Source: Lineus longissimus
Lineage: Eukaryota
Assembly (NCBI RefSeq): GCF_910592395.1
Contig: NC_088308.1
Location: 124,001 to 188,000 of the forward strand
Length of the DNA stretch: 64,000 nucleotides
Reading direction: 5' to 3'
The notes beneath the pieces are model-generated. The model was not told the DNA's origin. It made no database searches and saw nothing but the letters and a program-made list of their open reading frames with translations. The stretch's first letter is position 1. Every line of letters starts with the position of its first letter. Made by a program: the position numbers and the translations under genes. Positions 53,101 through 64,000 of the stretch are shown piece by piece.

Positions 53101-55953
53101 CCACAATTGCCTGATTTAGGCGAGCCACCCGTTCTTGAACCAGGAACACCAGAAAGATATGGTGAGTTTAGCATATGTGTTATTTCCAACAATCGCAGTG
53201 AAAACGTCTCATTTCACAAATATCATTACATTCTTTCACTTCCATTTTGTCTCTATATATTCCTTGAAAAATTGATGTTCCAGTCAAAAAAATCAACTTT
53301 GTTCCCTTTCAAGGAAGTTTCCTAACTTGTCTTAAATTCCTGTTATTCATGCCCATTGCAGATTCCGATGAGGAGGGTGAAGGGAGGACTGTGCGCGTGG
53401 AGGACATCATTGAAGAAGATGAGGAGGATGAAGAGCCAGAGTTTGATCGGGATCTACTTATTGAAAAGTATCATGTGAGTATCTTTGTGTGATCTTCTTG
53501 GCTTCATTCCAACCGTTTCCACCAAAAATGAGAATGAATTGTTACTCACACATTTTCTCCAATAGCCTTGATACTTGAGAGGGTTAATTTTGGCTTGGAA
53601 TACCTGCGGTGATGAAGAGCAGGAAACCATGTGGTAACATGTCACATCTACCTGTGGTTGTTTCAGCTGGTGGATCTAAGTGCTCTGACACAGTTGTGGC
53701 CTCCTGAGAGTAATTCTCTTAGCGTTCTCCCGTCACATATATCCATTGTTTATTCCAGGCTGCCATCGCAGAGCGAGAACAACTGCAGCAACAGAACTAC
53801 CAACTTCAGCACAAACTCGCCGACTATTTCAGGAAGAAGAAATCAGATGACACGAGGCAAGAAGTCGATAAGAACGTGACAGACCAGGAGCAGAGATATC
53901 TCAAATATATGTGTAGGTGTTCGATAGATTTCATTCTTCCTATGATTCAATTTGTAGATTGCTTCTATCCCATGACAGAGAAAGTACAAAACAGCAGCAC
54001 TGAGGTAACATGACTGTTCTTTCGAAATGCCGGTCACCAAGTGTTACAGCGATGGGCCGACCCGACACCAGCTACTTCTTATTCCGTGATGATGTCTGAA
54101 TACTGATCCGGGATCTTAAAACATTCTCCTCAGTGTCCATGAGGACAGGTTGCAAGGCATCTCGAGAAACTGCCAGGCCTCCTTCAAGTTTCTGTAGGCA
54201 AAAACTGTTCAAAAAGATGTGAACACTTTAGCTGTGTTATCTTAATGACTTTTCATAATCTGGCTCCTGTTTGATGTTTTTCTGTGTGTTTGCAGCAAAT
54301 CTTGAAGATTTGAGGCGACAGGACAGCGACCTGCGAGAAGACTACAAGAGACAGATTGATGATTTTAAAGACAAATGTGCAGATAGGAAAGAAAAGGTTG
54401 ATTTCGAAAGTGACCAGTTCATCCAGTTCAAAAGGACGGTCGCCACGAATGCTATAAATAGCCGATCTGGTAAAGGAATACCACCCAAGGTGAACAAATT
54501 TAGATATACTTTGAAACTCATCAATCATGAGTTGACCACATTTTACTCTTTGTCAACAGAAGTTTGTTGGAGCTAAAACAAATTTCCAAAGAATCCAACA
54601 GTCGGCATGCGGGAAGGTCAGATGCTACCCATGAAGGAAAAGGACATGTTGTTTGTTCAGGAAATCAGAAAACTTGAATCAGTGAAGCAGGAGACAAGGC
54701 TTTCTTGTGACGACCAAGCACTTTTCACTAATATCTATTAGAATCATGCTAGGTTTGACCTAATATCTTAGTTTGAACTGAGGACAACAGAAATGTGCTA
54801 CCATCTGACCATGATGTCTTCTGTTCCAGGATATTGACACATATCTTCTGAATGAAATGAAAAAAGAAGCAGAAGTTGTGGGTGTCCGACTTGAGAATAT
54901 CAAACTCAAGAATAAACTGAAGAAGAAGGAACTCCAACTCAAATCCAAGGTGAGCGTCAAAGTTTGCCTCGTATTTAGTATAATGATTGAGTGTCATGTC
55001 AATGTGAAGCAGGAAACTGCCTGATGGTACTATAGCCAGCGCAGGGCTTGACAATACTGAGTACTGAAGTGACTGCCAATTACATTGATTGTCCAAGTGA
55101 TTCTTTGACAAGGGAGGAATCCATGAGATGCACCAGTTTGCTTGCCCTGGTATATGCACCTATACTATGAGTAATCTCCTTCGAACAGACACTTATGAAT
55201 ACACATTTTCCCTATCTCAGGAGGAACTCGCAGAGGGCCTACATTTGATCGACTTTGAGCAACTGAAGATTGAGAATCAGACATATAACGAGAAGATTGA
55301 AGAACGAAATGAAGAGTTATTGAAACTGAGGAGAAAGATTACGGGGACTGTTCAAGTGTTGACGCATCTCAAAGAGAAGCTTCAGTTTGTGCAAGGGGAG
55401 AATGGTGTGCAGAAGTCAAAGTTGAGAGATGTGGAGGAGTTTGTGGCAAAGGTAAGTTTACAGTCACAGGAGGGCATCAGAATGCTGCAAGAATCAAGAT
55501 TGACAATAGATAGCTTGGAGTTTAGGATTTGTTTACAGTGGTGGATTTGTTTCATGGAAATTATTGAGTTGAGAGCACAATCGAAAGTACGACATTTAAC
55601 CTTCAAAAAGCTTTGAAGCGATCTAGTTGGATAAGTCAGGGTCCCTGGAGGAAGGAATGTATGTACTTGCTTGGTTAGAATCAAAAATATGCTTTCTTGT
55701 ATTTCAGAAAAGAGATGTGTTATCGCGTACAAAACAAGCCAGAGATGCACTCCGAATCGACAACCAAAAATTACGGCAGAATTGTGGACTTCTTGGCAAT
55801 GAGCCGCTATTACGAGATTTTGAGGAGCGCAAAGATGAAGGGGATGATCTAAAACAGAAACTTGAGGAATTGAAAATGTTCCATGCTGAATTGACTCTCA
55901 ATTGTACGGGGGTGAGGCGGAAAATAGATCAGGCGAGAGCTGAGACAGCCTAA
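50150..55953 (+). CDS. CCDC96: Coiled-coil domain-containing protein 96 (CFAP184, DUF4201 family), 11 exons, ~695 aa, long acidic N-terminus
   Basis: join(50150..50164,50915..51071,51460..51822,52454..52812,53026..53161,53362..53474,53759..53912,54296..54489,54830..54949,55221..55451,55708..55953) = 2088 nt with consistent phases. Signature EELAEGLHLIDFEQLKIENQTYNEKIEERNEEL and CGLLGNEPLLRDFE. Confidence 0.92.
50607..50647. repeat. (TATGAS)n hexamer microsatellite in CCDC96 intron 1
   Basis: tatgac and tatgag units in tandem. Confidence 0.8.
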
Positions 55954-57877
55954 GAGCTCATGTGAACTGAAAAACATCACCTGCCTATATAAGGGAATCC
56001 TTTCTCAAGTTGCTCAGAGTCTTCTCTGAATCTAGTTTCCATTTTTGGCATAAAAAAATGTTCTTGAAGATATTAGCAATTTGGGATGAACTTGTCTCGA
56101 CCTATTTCAATGTTACATTGATATAACTGACATGTGTGATAGTGGAGGACTTTGTTCATTTACTCCTTGTTCCATATTTGGGCACAAAAGAAACTGTTAT
56201 TGTCGTAAAAACTTCGGCTTCTTACTACAGATAAACTTAACTGACATTGCCCTTGATAAGAATGGGGGAAATCATTGGTGATCTTGAAGATATTTCACTT
56301 ATTTGTATCCTTTTTGGTGGAATCAGAAATCCGTCTCACTGTTTTTGGTTGAATCTAGTATTTATACTTATGGTATGCAATCAGTCCGTCCGATTCAGTC
56401 TTTAAAATCAATTCATTCTGTAATTAAAACTGCTTTGTAAATAGTCTTCTTCCATCCTGTAAAGTGTATACATAAATGTTCATATATAATGATTTTATTT
56501 CTAAAAAAAAGAAACTTCTGACAATTTACGTTTCCTGTCTTTTTACTTGAAACTCAACTTGAAGAAGCATTCTTCTGGGCTCAGGTCGCTGTATCCTATC
56601 CATAGTCCATGTGCCAGTTGTTTCTTGTCTTCGGTTGTTCCCCACATGCAGCTTTGACTTCAGCTATTGGCTCAAGCCTGTTCTATAGAATCGGCTTGCC
56701 ATTTGATCCCCCCAACTCCACATTTGCAAGAAGACGTGAGGTGGAGCCCTAGTCTCATGAGTTTCTGGTGGAGTCGGCAGTGCCCAATCCCCTGACAATA
56801 GGTGGAGACTTACCTTTACAGATGTGTGGAACTTGCCCCGGTCTCGCTTGAGTTAAAATGTCTTGTTCATCTTTAAATGCATGAACTGTCCACTCCCTAC
56901 TTTCATACCTTACTATTCTAGTGCCACCATGAAGCTCCCAGGTTGTGACAGTGGTGCCCAGGATCTTGAAGTGAGACTGCAGTGTCCAGTACTGTATGTA
57001 TTCTGGAAGGTTGTACCATATGTCTTTCTTGAACAACTTCTCAATTCACTGCCACTTCCTGAAAAAGGTCCTTGGCATTGTTTTGGTGCATGAAATAAGC
57101 GGCTCTTATCAGCAGAGCAAAGAAGTGGCAGTGAATCGTTAGTTGGACCAGTCGCCGATGACAATGACACAATCTTTATCAGGAAGTGTCAAGAAGTAGT
57201 CGGCCTAGTTTCCTCTCCAATGTGGTTGTGACACATTAGATGAAAATCTTTTAGACTTCCAGGACAGATGTGGCAAGTCATGCCATGACACCCAACGAAC
57301 TATTGAGAGTTGTGTGAGCCAGAAACTCCTGACCAGTGACGCTCAGCTCTCTTCATTCAATGAGGTGTTTAATCAAGCAATCAACATAGATTTGATAAAT
57401 ACAATCTACATTTATTTATTGCAACAAGACGAGATAGGTTACATGAAATCTTGTTAAACGTTAAGAAAATCTGGCTCCCCTGGCTCCCAATACCAGCGGA
57501 GTTCCATAAGGTCACTCGGGCCTATTGTTTCCTGTTTCTGACTATACCAATTCATTACCCTTACTTAATTTCAAAAGGACCTGGCCAAGGACAGTGACTG
57601 GTACGACATCAATGCTCTACTGAATGTCTTTATGCCCAGGAAGAGCCACATCAAAAAGAAACTAACCAATTTTGTGAGTGTGAATCCAACACGGTGAGAG
57701 TGAATAACAAAAGATTAGTGATCACGGCAGAAACATTTTGTGTAACTCATACACTCGGTCTACAAGCTCACAAAGCGACATTCTCCATTATCAAGTGTCT
57801 CTATCACACACCAGCTCATGTCACAGTGACACTATGACTTCCAAATAATCTATCTTCACACTGCTAGTCCAAATATC

Positions 57878-60158
57878 CTACACAATATTTTCCATGGTCT
57901 CCTTCGTTTCTCCCGCATAAGCTTCCCACGTTTTCTGTGACGACTTGACAATCTCCATCTGTATGAAGAAAGACAAAGAATTATAAGTGGAGCTGATAGC
58001 CATGCCATGCATATGTACAGCAATCTGATGTCTCACTCGAATTTATAGGAACTGTGGATTCTTCATAAAACTGTTTACATTTTTCTGATGATGCCCTTCC
58101 TTCAATTCTTTTAGTGGGTAGCTTCAACGAACACTCCACTGAACTTACGGTATACACAAGTCCCAAATTCAGGTAATTCCTCCACTGAACATACGATACG
58201 ATATACACGAGGCCAAAATTACTTACAAATTCATTGGTGAGTCTCTGAGATTCCAACTTGAGGATGTCCTCAACTGTCAGCTCCTTATTGTTGAGTTTGA
58301 CGAATCCACACTGTGGGGCGTGGCGTTTGTGTTCATCCCTAGAAAAGGCACAGATACATGTAATCAAGAGTTATCATCAAGGTATAGATACATGTAATCA
58401 AGAGTTATCATCAAGGTATAGATACATGTAATCAAGAGTTATCATCAAGGTCAATCTCTATGGTATTTGTACATCTTCTTTTCCTTTCATTGAGACAATG
58501 GGCTGAAGAGTTCATGTCTGAAGTGAGTGGGCTGAAGAGTTCATGTCTGAAGTGAGTGGGCTGAAGAGTTCATGTCTGAAGTGAGTGGGCTGAAGAGTTC
58601 ATGTCTGAAGTGAGTGGGCTGAAGAGTTCATGTCTGAAGTGAGTGGGCATGGGCTGAAGAGTTCATGTCTGAAGTGAGTGGGCATGGGCTGAAGAGTTCA
58701 TGTCTGAAGTGAGTGGGCATGGGCTGAAGAGTTCATGTCTGAAGTGAGTGGGCATGGGCTGAAGAGTTCATGTCTGAAGTGAGTGGGCTGAAGAGTTCAT
58801 GTCTGAAGTGAGTGGGCATGGGCTGAAGAGTTCATGTCTGAAGTGAGTGGGCATGGGCTGAAGAGTTCATGTCTGAAGTGAGTGGGCATGGGCTGAAGAG
58901 TTCATGTCTGAAGTGAGTGGGCTGAAGAGTTCATGTCTGAAGTGAGTGGGCATGGGCTGAAGAGTTCATGTCTGAAGTGAGTGGGCTGAAGAGTTCATGT
59001 CTGAAGTGAGTGGGCATGATATTAATAAGAGACAATGGGCTGAAGAGTTCATGTCTGAAGTGAGTGGGCATGATATTAATAAGAGACAATGGGCTGAAGA
59101 GTTCATGTCTGAAGTGAGTGGGCATGATATTAATAAGAGCCAAGAACCTACCAGGTATTAGTTTGAGTGTCATTGTCCTTTGCCACAAACAATAATTACT
59201 TTTAACTTTGTTTTTGCGTGAGAACATCATTTTACGATTTTGCATCCATTTATTTCTGCAAATGGGTGCATTTTTCAGTGAGAAAAACCATTAACAAAGT
59301 TACCATTTTTCTATTGTAAAACCCTTCTTGCATAAATATTAGGCTTATGAAAATGAGAGAATTTCCAGTAGTATGTGCTTGATGGTCGACCTATGGTTCC
59401 CTCATAGACTGAGAGACGGTGTCTCTTCCGGGACATCCCCCTGTAACTCTCAGCCATAAAAGATTCTAGACTCTTCATTACTCAGTTCCTACCATGGATC
59501 ATCCTCAGGCTCCCAGCCATCCAATGTCTTGTAACAAATGAAACACTTCACAACATCTGGTTCATTATCATCTTGGCAGTGAATAAAACCAGCTTCTGCC
59601 ATCTGAAAGTAATAAAACTAGCATAAACAACAAAACACAGAAATATTTCAGTCACTTTTTGATCTCTTTCATAACCTTGCACATCTGACATGCATTATCA
59701 TTCAAGTCATCTGGTGTACACTCGTATCAGATAAAGAAAAGGTATACTGTCTTTAGTCATTTCACATGACATTTGTCACATTCGTCATTCTATTCAGTAT
59801 TGTTCCTATAATGCAACTTTAAAAAGTGAAGTGACATGATTTCTCAAAATTCAAGTTTGAAAGTGACCGCAGCATCCGATGAACAACCACTATCATGACC
59901 ACATTCAGCCAAACAAAGTACCACAGAACGACATGTACAATTGACCCAAACAGTGACATACACAATGTCAAGTCTCTCTGTGTCAACGTGCATCATAGCA
60001 TTACTGAGTGCAGTGCCAGTCAGTGTGCATGGAAAACAACTTTCCCCACTCACTTTTTCTGCCGTACAAAAGCAATTTTCTTCAAATGGCCAGGATTTGA
60101 ACGTCTCAAGTCGTTTCTCTATGAAATAGATATCAAGGGCATTTTGATCGTTCTTCAT
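57878..60158 (-). CDS. BIRC5: Survivin (single BIR domain plus C-terminal helix), 4 exons, ~135 aa
   Basis: complement(join(57878..57958,58227..58338,59493..59602,60054..60158)) = 408 nt. [49 protein letters not shown] gives the CCHC zinc site. Four-exon layout with a 110-nt exon 2, as in vertebrate survivin. Confidence 0.95.
58352..58451. repeat. Tandem repeat, 34-bp unit, 3 copies, beside the BIRC5 exon 3 acceptor
   Basis: agatacatgtaatcaagagttatcatcaaggtat starts at 58352, 58386 and 58420. Confidence 0.9.
58499..59138. repeat. Composite minisatellite (29-, 35- and 51-bp unit variants) in BIRC5 intron 2
   Basis: Core tgggctgaagagttcatgtctgaagtgag, with or without tgggca, and a longer tgggcatgatattaataagagacaa spacer in the last copies. 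Confidence 0.95.
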
Positions 60159-60199
60159 TTTTGGTTAGAAATGACGAGAAAAATACAATTTAATATCGA

Positions 60200-60290
60200 A
60201 GAAATGTAAACATTTAATTTGAAAGGCGCGGGCTTCTATCTTTTCATACTTGTGATAGACCCATGCATTAGCGTGCATTAGCCAATCGAG
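60200..60290 (-). promoter_or_regulatory. Putative cell-cycle promoter elements upstream of BIRC5
   Basis: TTTGAA (CHR consensus) at 60218-60223 beside GGCGCGGG, and CCAAT at 60282-60286, all within 130 bp of the ATG. Vertebrate BIRC5 is a CDE/CHR gene. Confidence 0.5.
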
Positions 60291-60732
60291 GGTACGAAAA
60301 AGAAGTTCTTATTCATTCATTGTTGTTTCATTTTCTGCCGACGCGAGGCGCAACAAGTTTCAAGGATTTCACTGAAAGGTTGATATGCCTATGCTGCATA
60401 TTGCTGGTAGAGTCTGTTTTAGCATAGCTTTATGGATTTAGTCGCTCATATTTCTGCGGCCTACTCCAAGTTGTGAATTGCGAGTGCGACAAACCAACTT
60501 GTTAGTTATCTCTCAGATTCAACTGTCAAATCACGCCCTGGCTTGATAACAAGCCTTTTCGTTTAGCAACAATTGGTGATATCTCAGTCTCACGTGATCC
60601 CATTTTCTTTATTACTCTTATTTGATATGTTAGCTGTGTGTTCACCTAATTGATAGACTCCTAGGGCAGTCCATTGCGTCATCCCAATTGGATCTCGTTA
60701 TGTACAGAGCGACAGGACGATGTCGGTCCAAT

Positions 60733-60765
60733 CATGGAGGTATTATTATTAATAATACCTCCATG
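60733..60765. mobile_element. 33-bp palindromic mini-element (MITE-like) with 7-bp target-site duplication
   Basis: CATGGAGGTATTATTA-T-TAATAATACCTCCATG (16-bp perfect arms) flanked by GTCCAAT at 60726-60732 and 60766-60772. Confidence 0.75.
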
Positions 60766-60946
60766 GTCCAATGCGTCCGGAGTGTACTAGCTAATTGATG
60801 ATGAAGTATTAAGATGTACATAATATTTTTGTAAGATTATTATGCTCTTTAAACCTTCACGACCTTGTTTACAACTTTCAAAGTGACCTACTCCTGATGA
60901 AATCAATATGTTTCTGATGCAAGGGCTGCTAAGTTATCTTTGGTCT

Positions 60947-60995
60947 GGTAAACAGCCCTTGTGGTCTGGTAAACATCTCACAAGGGCTGTTTACC
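60947..60995. repeat. Perfect 17-bp inverted repeat with 15-nt loop
   Basis: ggtaaacagcccttgtg (60947-60963) pairs with cacaagggctgtttacc (60979-60995). Confidence 0.85.
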
Positions 60996-61322
60996 GTATT
61001 TCATCAGCCTTCACTCTTCCCAGTACACGTTGCCTTCACCCCCAATAATGGAATCTTCCGAACCATATTAGGAGTAGTCAATAATTTTAATTATCAAAAT
61101 AAGTGCTGCGCCTCCATTTTTAGCCAATCAGCAGCCGAGTTTCTCAAACAGATCGCTAGAAAACAGCTGATGAACTCATCGAGGCACTGTCTGTCAGGAA
61201 AGCAGAGGCAGCAGTTGGTATCACGTTAGCTCTACCGCTTCTCCTCCTCGCTTTACCAGTCTTTTGTCCATTCTCATAAACGACACACAGGAGTAGCAAA
61301 ACGGTGTCTTAGGGACATTTGG

Positions 61323-61452
61323 ATGCCAAATCAAAGTGCCAACGCTATTCTACCAAGTCTTTCAGAGGAAAAACTCAAGATGCCGCCAGTTGCTAAAGAC
61401 CCACTGCCGCTCAATGAATTCAGCAGCAATGACAGCCTTTATCCACAAAGCG
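61323..61452 (+). other. Possible first exon of a further gene running rightwards
   Basis: CCAAT near 61123, ATG at 61323 with an open frame (MPNQSANAILPSLSEEKLKMPPVAKDPLPLNEFSSNDSLYPQS) ending at a strong donor G|GTAAGT. No downstream exon identified. Confidence 0.3.
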
Positions 61453-64000
61453 GTAAGTTACCATGGTTACTATTGTAACACCCCATCCGATTTGACTTGG
61501 CATTTAAGTGTCAATTTTATTTCTCGCTTGCTTACCTGCAGCAGTGGTTTTCGTGTCGAGACCACCGCCGCAGGAGTGGATTTGAGGCCTAGTGAATTAA
61601 CTGGCTATATGGCCAGTTATAGAGAGAATGTTCTTCGGGACATTAGCCTACATTTATGTAATCCACTGAAGTTTGTTTCTTCTGGCTGCTCACAGGTTTC
61701 TTGATTGGTCCAATTTGCCAATTAATTCACCACATTTGCCATAAATCCCTTTACAAAGGGTTTGTTTGCCTGTAAACCTATTCAGAACATTTTCCCAAAG
61801 AGATTGTTGCATAATGTATGCTCCAGCTCCCTACCTGATTACCTGTAGGCCACAATAACTGAGTAGGCCAGTGCAGTGCTTCATTACCTGATTTAAACTG
61901 TCGGTGACTCTTTTAGTAGAGGCTGCCTGGTGGTTTATGGCTGTTGGTATCTCTCCCAGGTCTTGGTGCTCTGCCAATACATGCAATAGCTAAGTACAGC
62001 GGAACCTCTCTTAGCTGACACCTCTCTAGCAGCAACCTCTCTATCCAGTACATGAGTTTTGTACCAAAGTTGGTTATTTTCATTTAATTTTGACTCTAAT
62101 CAGGACAGCTCTCGATTTAAAGGACAGTATCAGTTCTAATGTGAAATTTCTAAATTGCACCTTTTTGTTGTTCAGTTGAGGGCAATTTTCAGGCCCAGTG
62201 GTTTTATCAAAATTCTTTTCAGAATATTGAATAGTGCCTTGTTGGGACAACTAAGATACAAGGGTAGACATGCATGTTTCTCTGTCGCCCTTCAAAGCTC
62301 AGTTAGTTACTCATAATCACAAGGTTATCATGATGTTGGCCTTTCAACACTCATGACCCAGTTCGTCAGGTCTGTGATGTCATACAATTAGGCCTTACCT
62401 GAAACTGCTCTACTTAAGTAGGTCTACCTTTTGTGAGCAAGCTGTGTGTTCAAGGGCCTTTGTGTATTATGGTTCATTGTTGCATCCTGTTACACACTGT
62501 ACAGGCATTCATGTAGATTTGATGATTCTTCATAAAAGCGTATTCCCTTTGATACCTTTTATACCTGACAGAAATGGATCAGTACATTCTTCTGATGTCA
62601 AACAGTGATTTTAAGTGACCTTTCATGACCTTATGTCAGTGGTGGGACAGCAAAGGTCTGTTCCAACATTAAGGCAGCTGACTATGTATTTACCCACATA
62701 ATAACATGTAGCCCCTACACAGAATATGATCCATGCCTACACATGTATGATCCCCGCACAACTTCCAGGTATTCAAATTCTGTCTAATATATTGAGATGA
62801 AACTGTGTGGTTTCATGTGTGGGGGTGTCTCCTGAAGCCCTGTGACATCATAAAACCCTGTCTGAATCCCATCCTCGTATACCAATGTCATTTACATGCT
62901 CTTCCTTTTGTCATGTATCCTTTGTATGTCTTATGTACTTTCAATCAAAATCATTGTATTTCTATTGTACCATGTGTACCTTTGCCCTCCGGGCCTTTTG
63001 ATAAATAAAACTTCCCATTGTTTGCTTGAGAAGAACTTGTTGCTGTATACATTTAAAGGCTTCATAGTGTGAATAAGTGTCATGGTTTCTATTGTCCGCA
63101 GCATCAAGGTGGTCATTCAAAAGCTCCTTCCATTGTTTGCTGGTGAGAGTGATCTGATGCTCACTGAATGGCCTCAATCATGATAGCCTTCTCTGTTTAC
63201 ACAAATTGTCATTATTGTGGAATAGCTTCATAATCTCAGTCGTCTCCTCTGTTGGCAGCATCAAATCAAGGTCATTCACAAGCTCCTCCCATTGTCCGCT
63301 GGTGAAAATGTTCTGTTGCTGATTACCTTTGACAGCTATCAATCTAATCACTGTCATTAGTTTCACAATTAGTAAACTATCTCTTTTATGGGCATTTACC
63401 ATCCCATTGTATATTGGTGAGATCATGGCCTTCACGAGACTTTGATCATTATCTCCTGCTTAAAATCACTGTGCCATCAATGTCACAGATTCCCATTGTT
63501 GTTTCTTTGATCCCTTTTCTGCAGCATCAGACTCACCCTGGACAACCCTCCCTTCATTGTCTGCCTTATCATAATGGCCTTGTTAATTAGCGGACATCAT
63601 ATTATTACCATATCGGTGTTGAAGTCTTTGTCTCAGACAATTCAATTCTAGATAATTGATACGAGACACAAGAGGCATATTTATTTGGGCCATTTTGATC
63701 CATTCAAGGACAGTATGATTGATAATACTTGGCCCGAATGGTATCCTCTCTTTATCTGATGAAATCAATTTAATTCAATATAAGATAATGTAGACCAATA
63801 TATCACACTTTCCGGGCCTGTCAACTGACAATTGATCTGTTGATATCAGCTGATTTTAAAAGTAGGCCTTAGGTTGTTTTTGAATAGAATGGACCAGGCT
63901 TAGATCTAGGACCCAGCAGCGGGACAGAAATGATTAGCTTGGGTTGGTTGGTTGGTATAAATTGAAGAAAGATACGCTTCATCTATCTATGGATCCCTCC

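Noticed and set aside
56755..57170. Overlapping minus-strand ORFs with a GTAAGT donor near 56813 and a YGTTFQNTY motif
   Set aside because: Could not build a consistent spliced gene; lies between the convergent 3' ends of CCDC96 and BIRC5.

Overview
Eukaryotic, intron-rich animal genomic DNA, probably an invertebrate bilaterian (the species cannot be fixed from sequence alone). All exon boundaries were read by hand. (1) The 3' 21 coding exons of SMG1, the NMD PIKK kinase, run on + from 8916 to 35675 (end of kinase domain, long C-terminal insertion, FATC). The gene starts upstream of the window. (2) Three rhodopsin-class orphan GPCRs with uninterrupted coding regions sit antisense inside the only two very large SMG1 introns. 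(3) An unnamed 4-exon, ~249-aa gene on - (40330-44162) has repeats reminiscent of ciliary microtubule-inner proteins. (4) TK1 (-) lies head-to-head with CCDC96/CFAP184 (+), followed by survivin/BIRC5 (-); TK1 and BIRC5 are also near neighbours in human. (5) There are many near-perfect intronic minisatellites and some small transposon-like hairpins. No rRNA, tRNA or CRISPR array was seen. The best candidates for something undescribed are the nested antisense GPCR cluster in SMG1, the possibly ancient TK1-BIRC5 linkage interleaved with ciliary genes, and the unnamed MIP-like gene.
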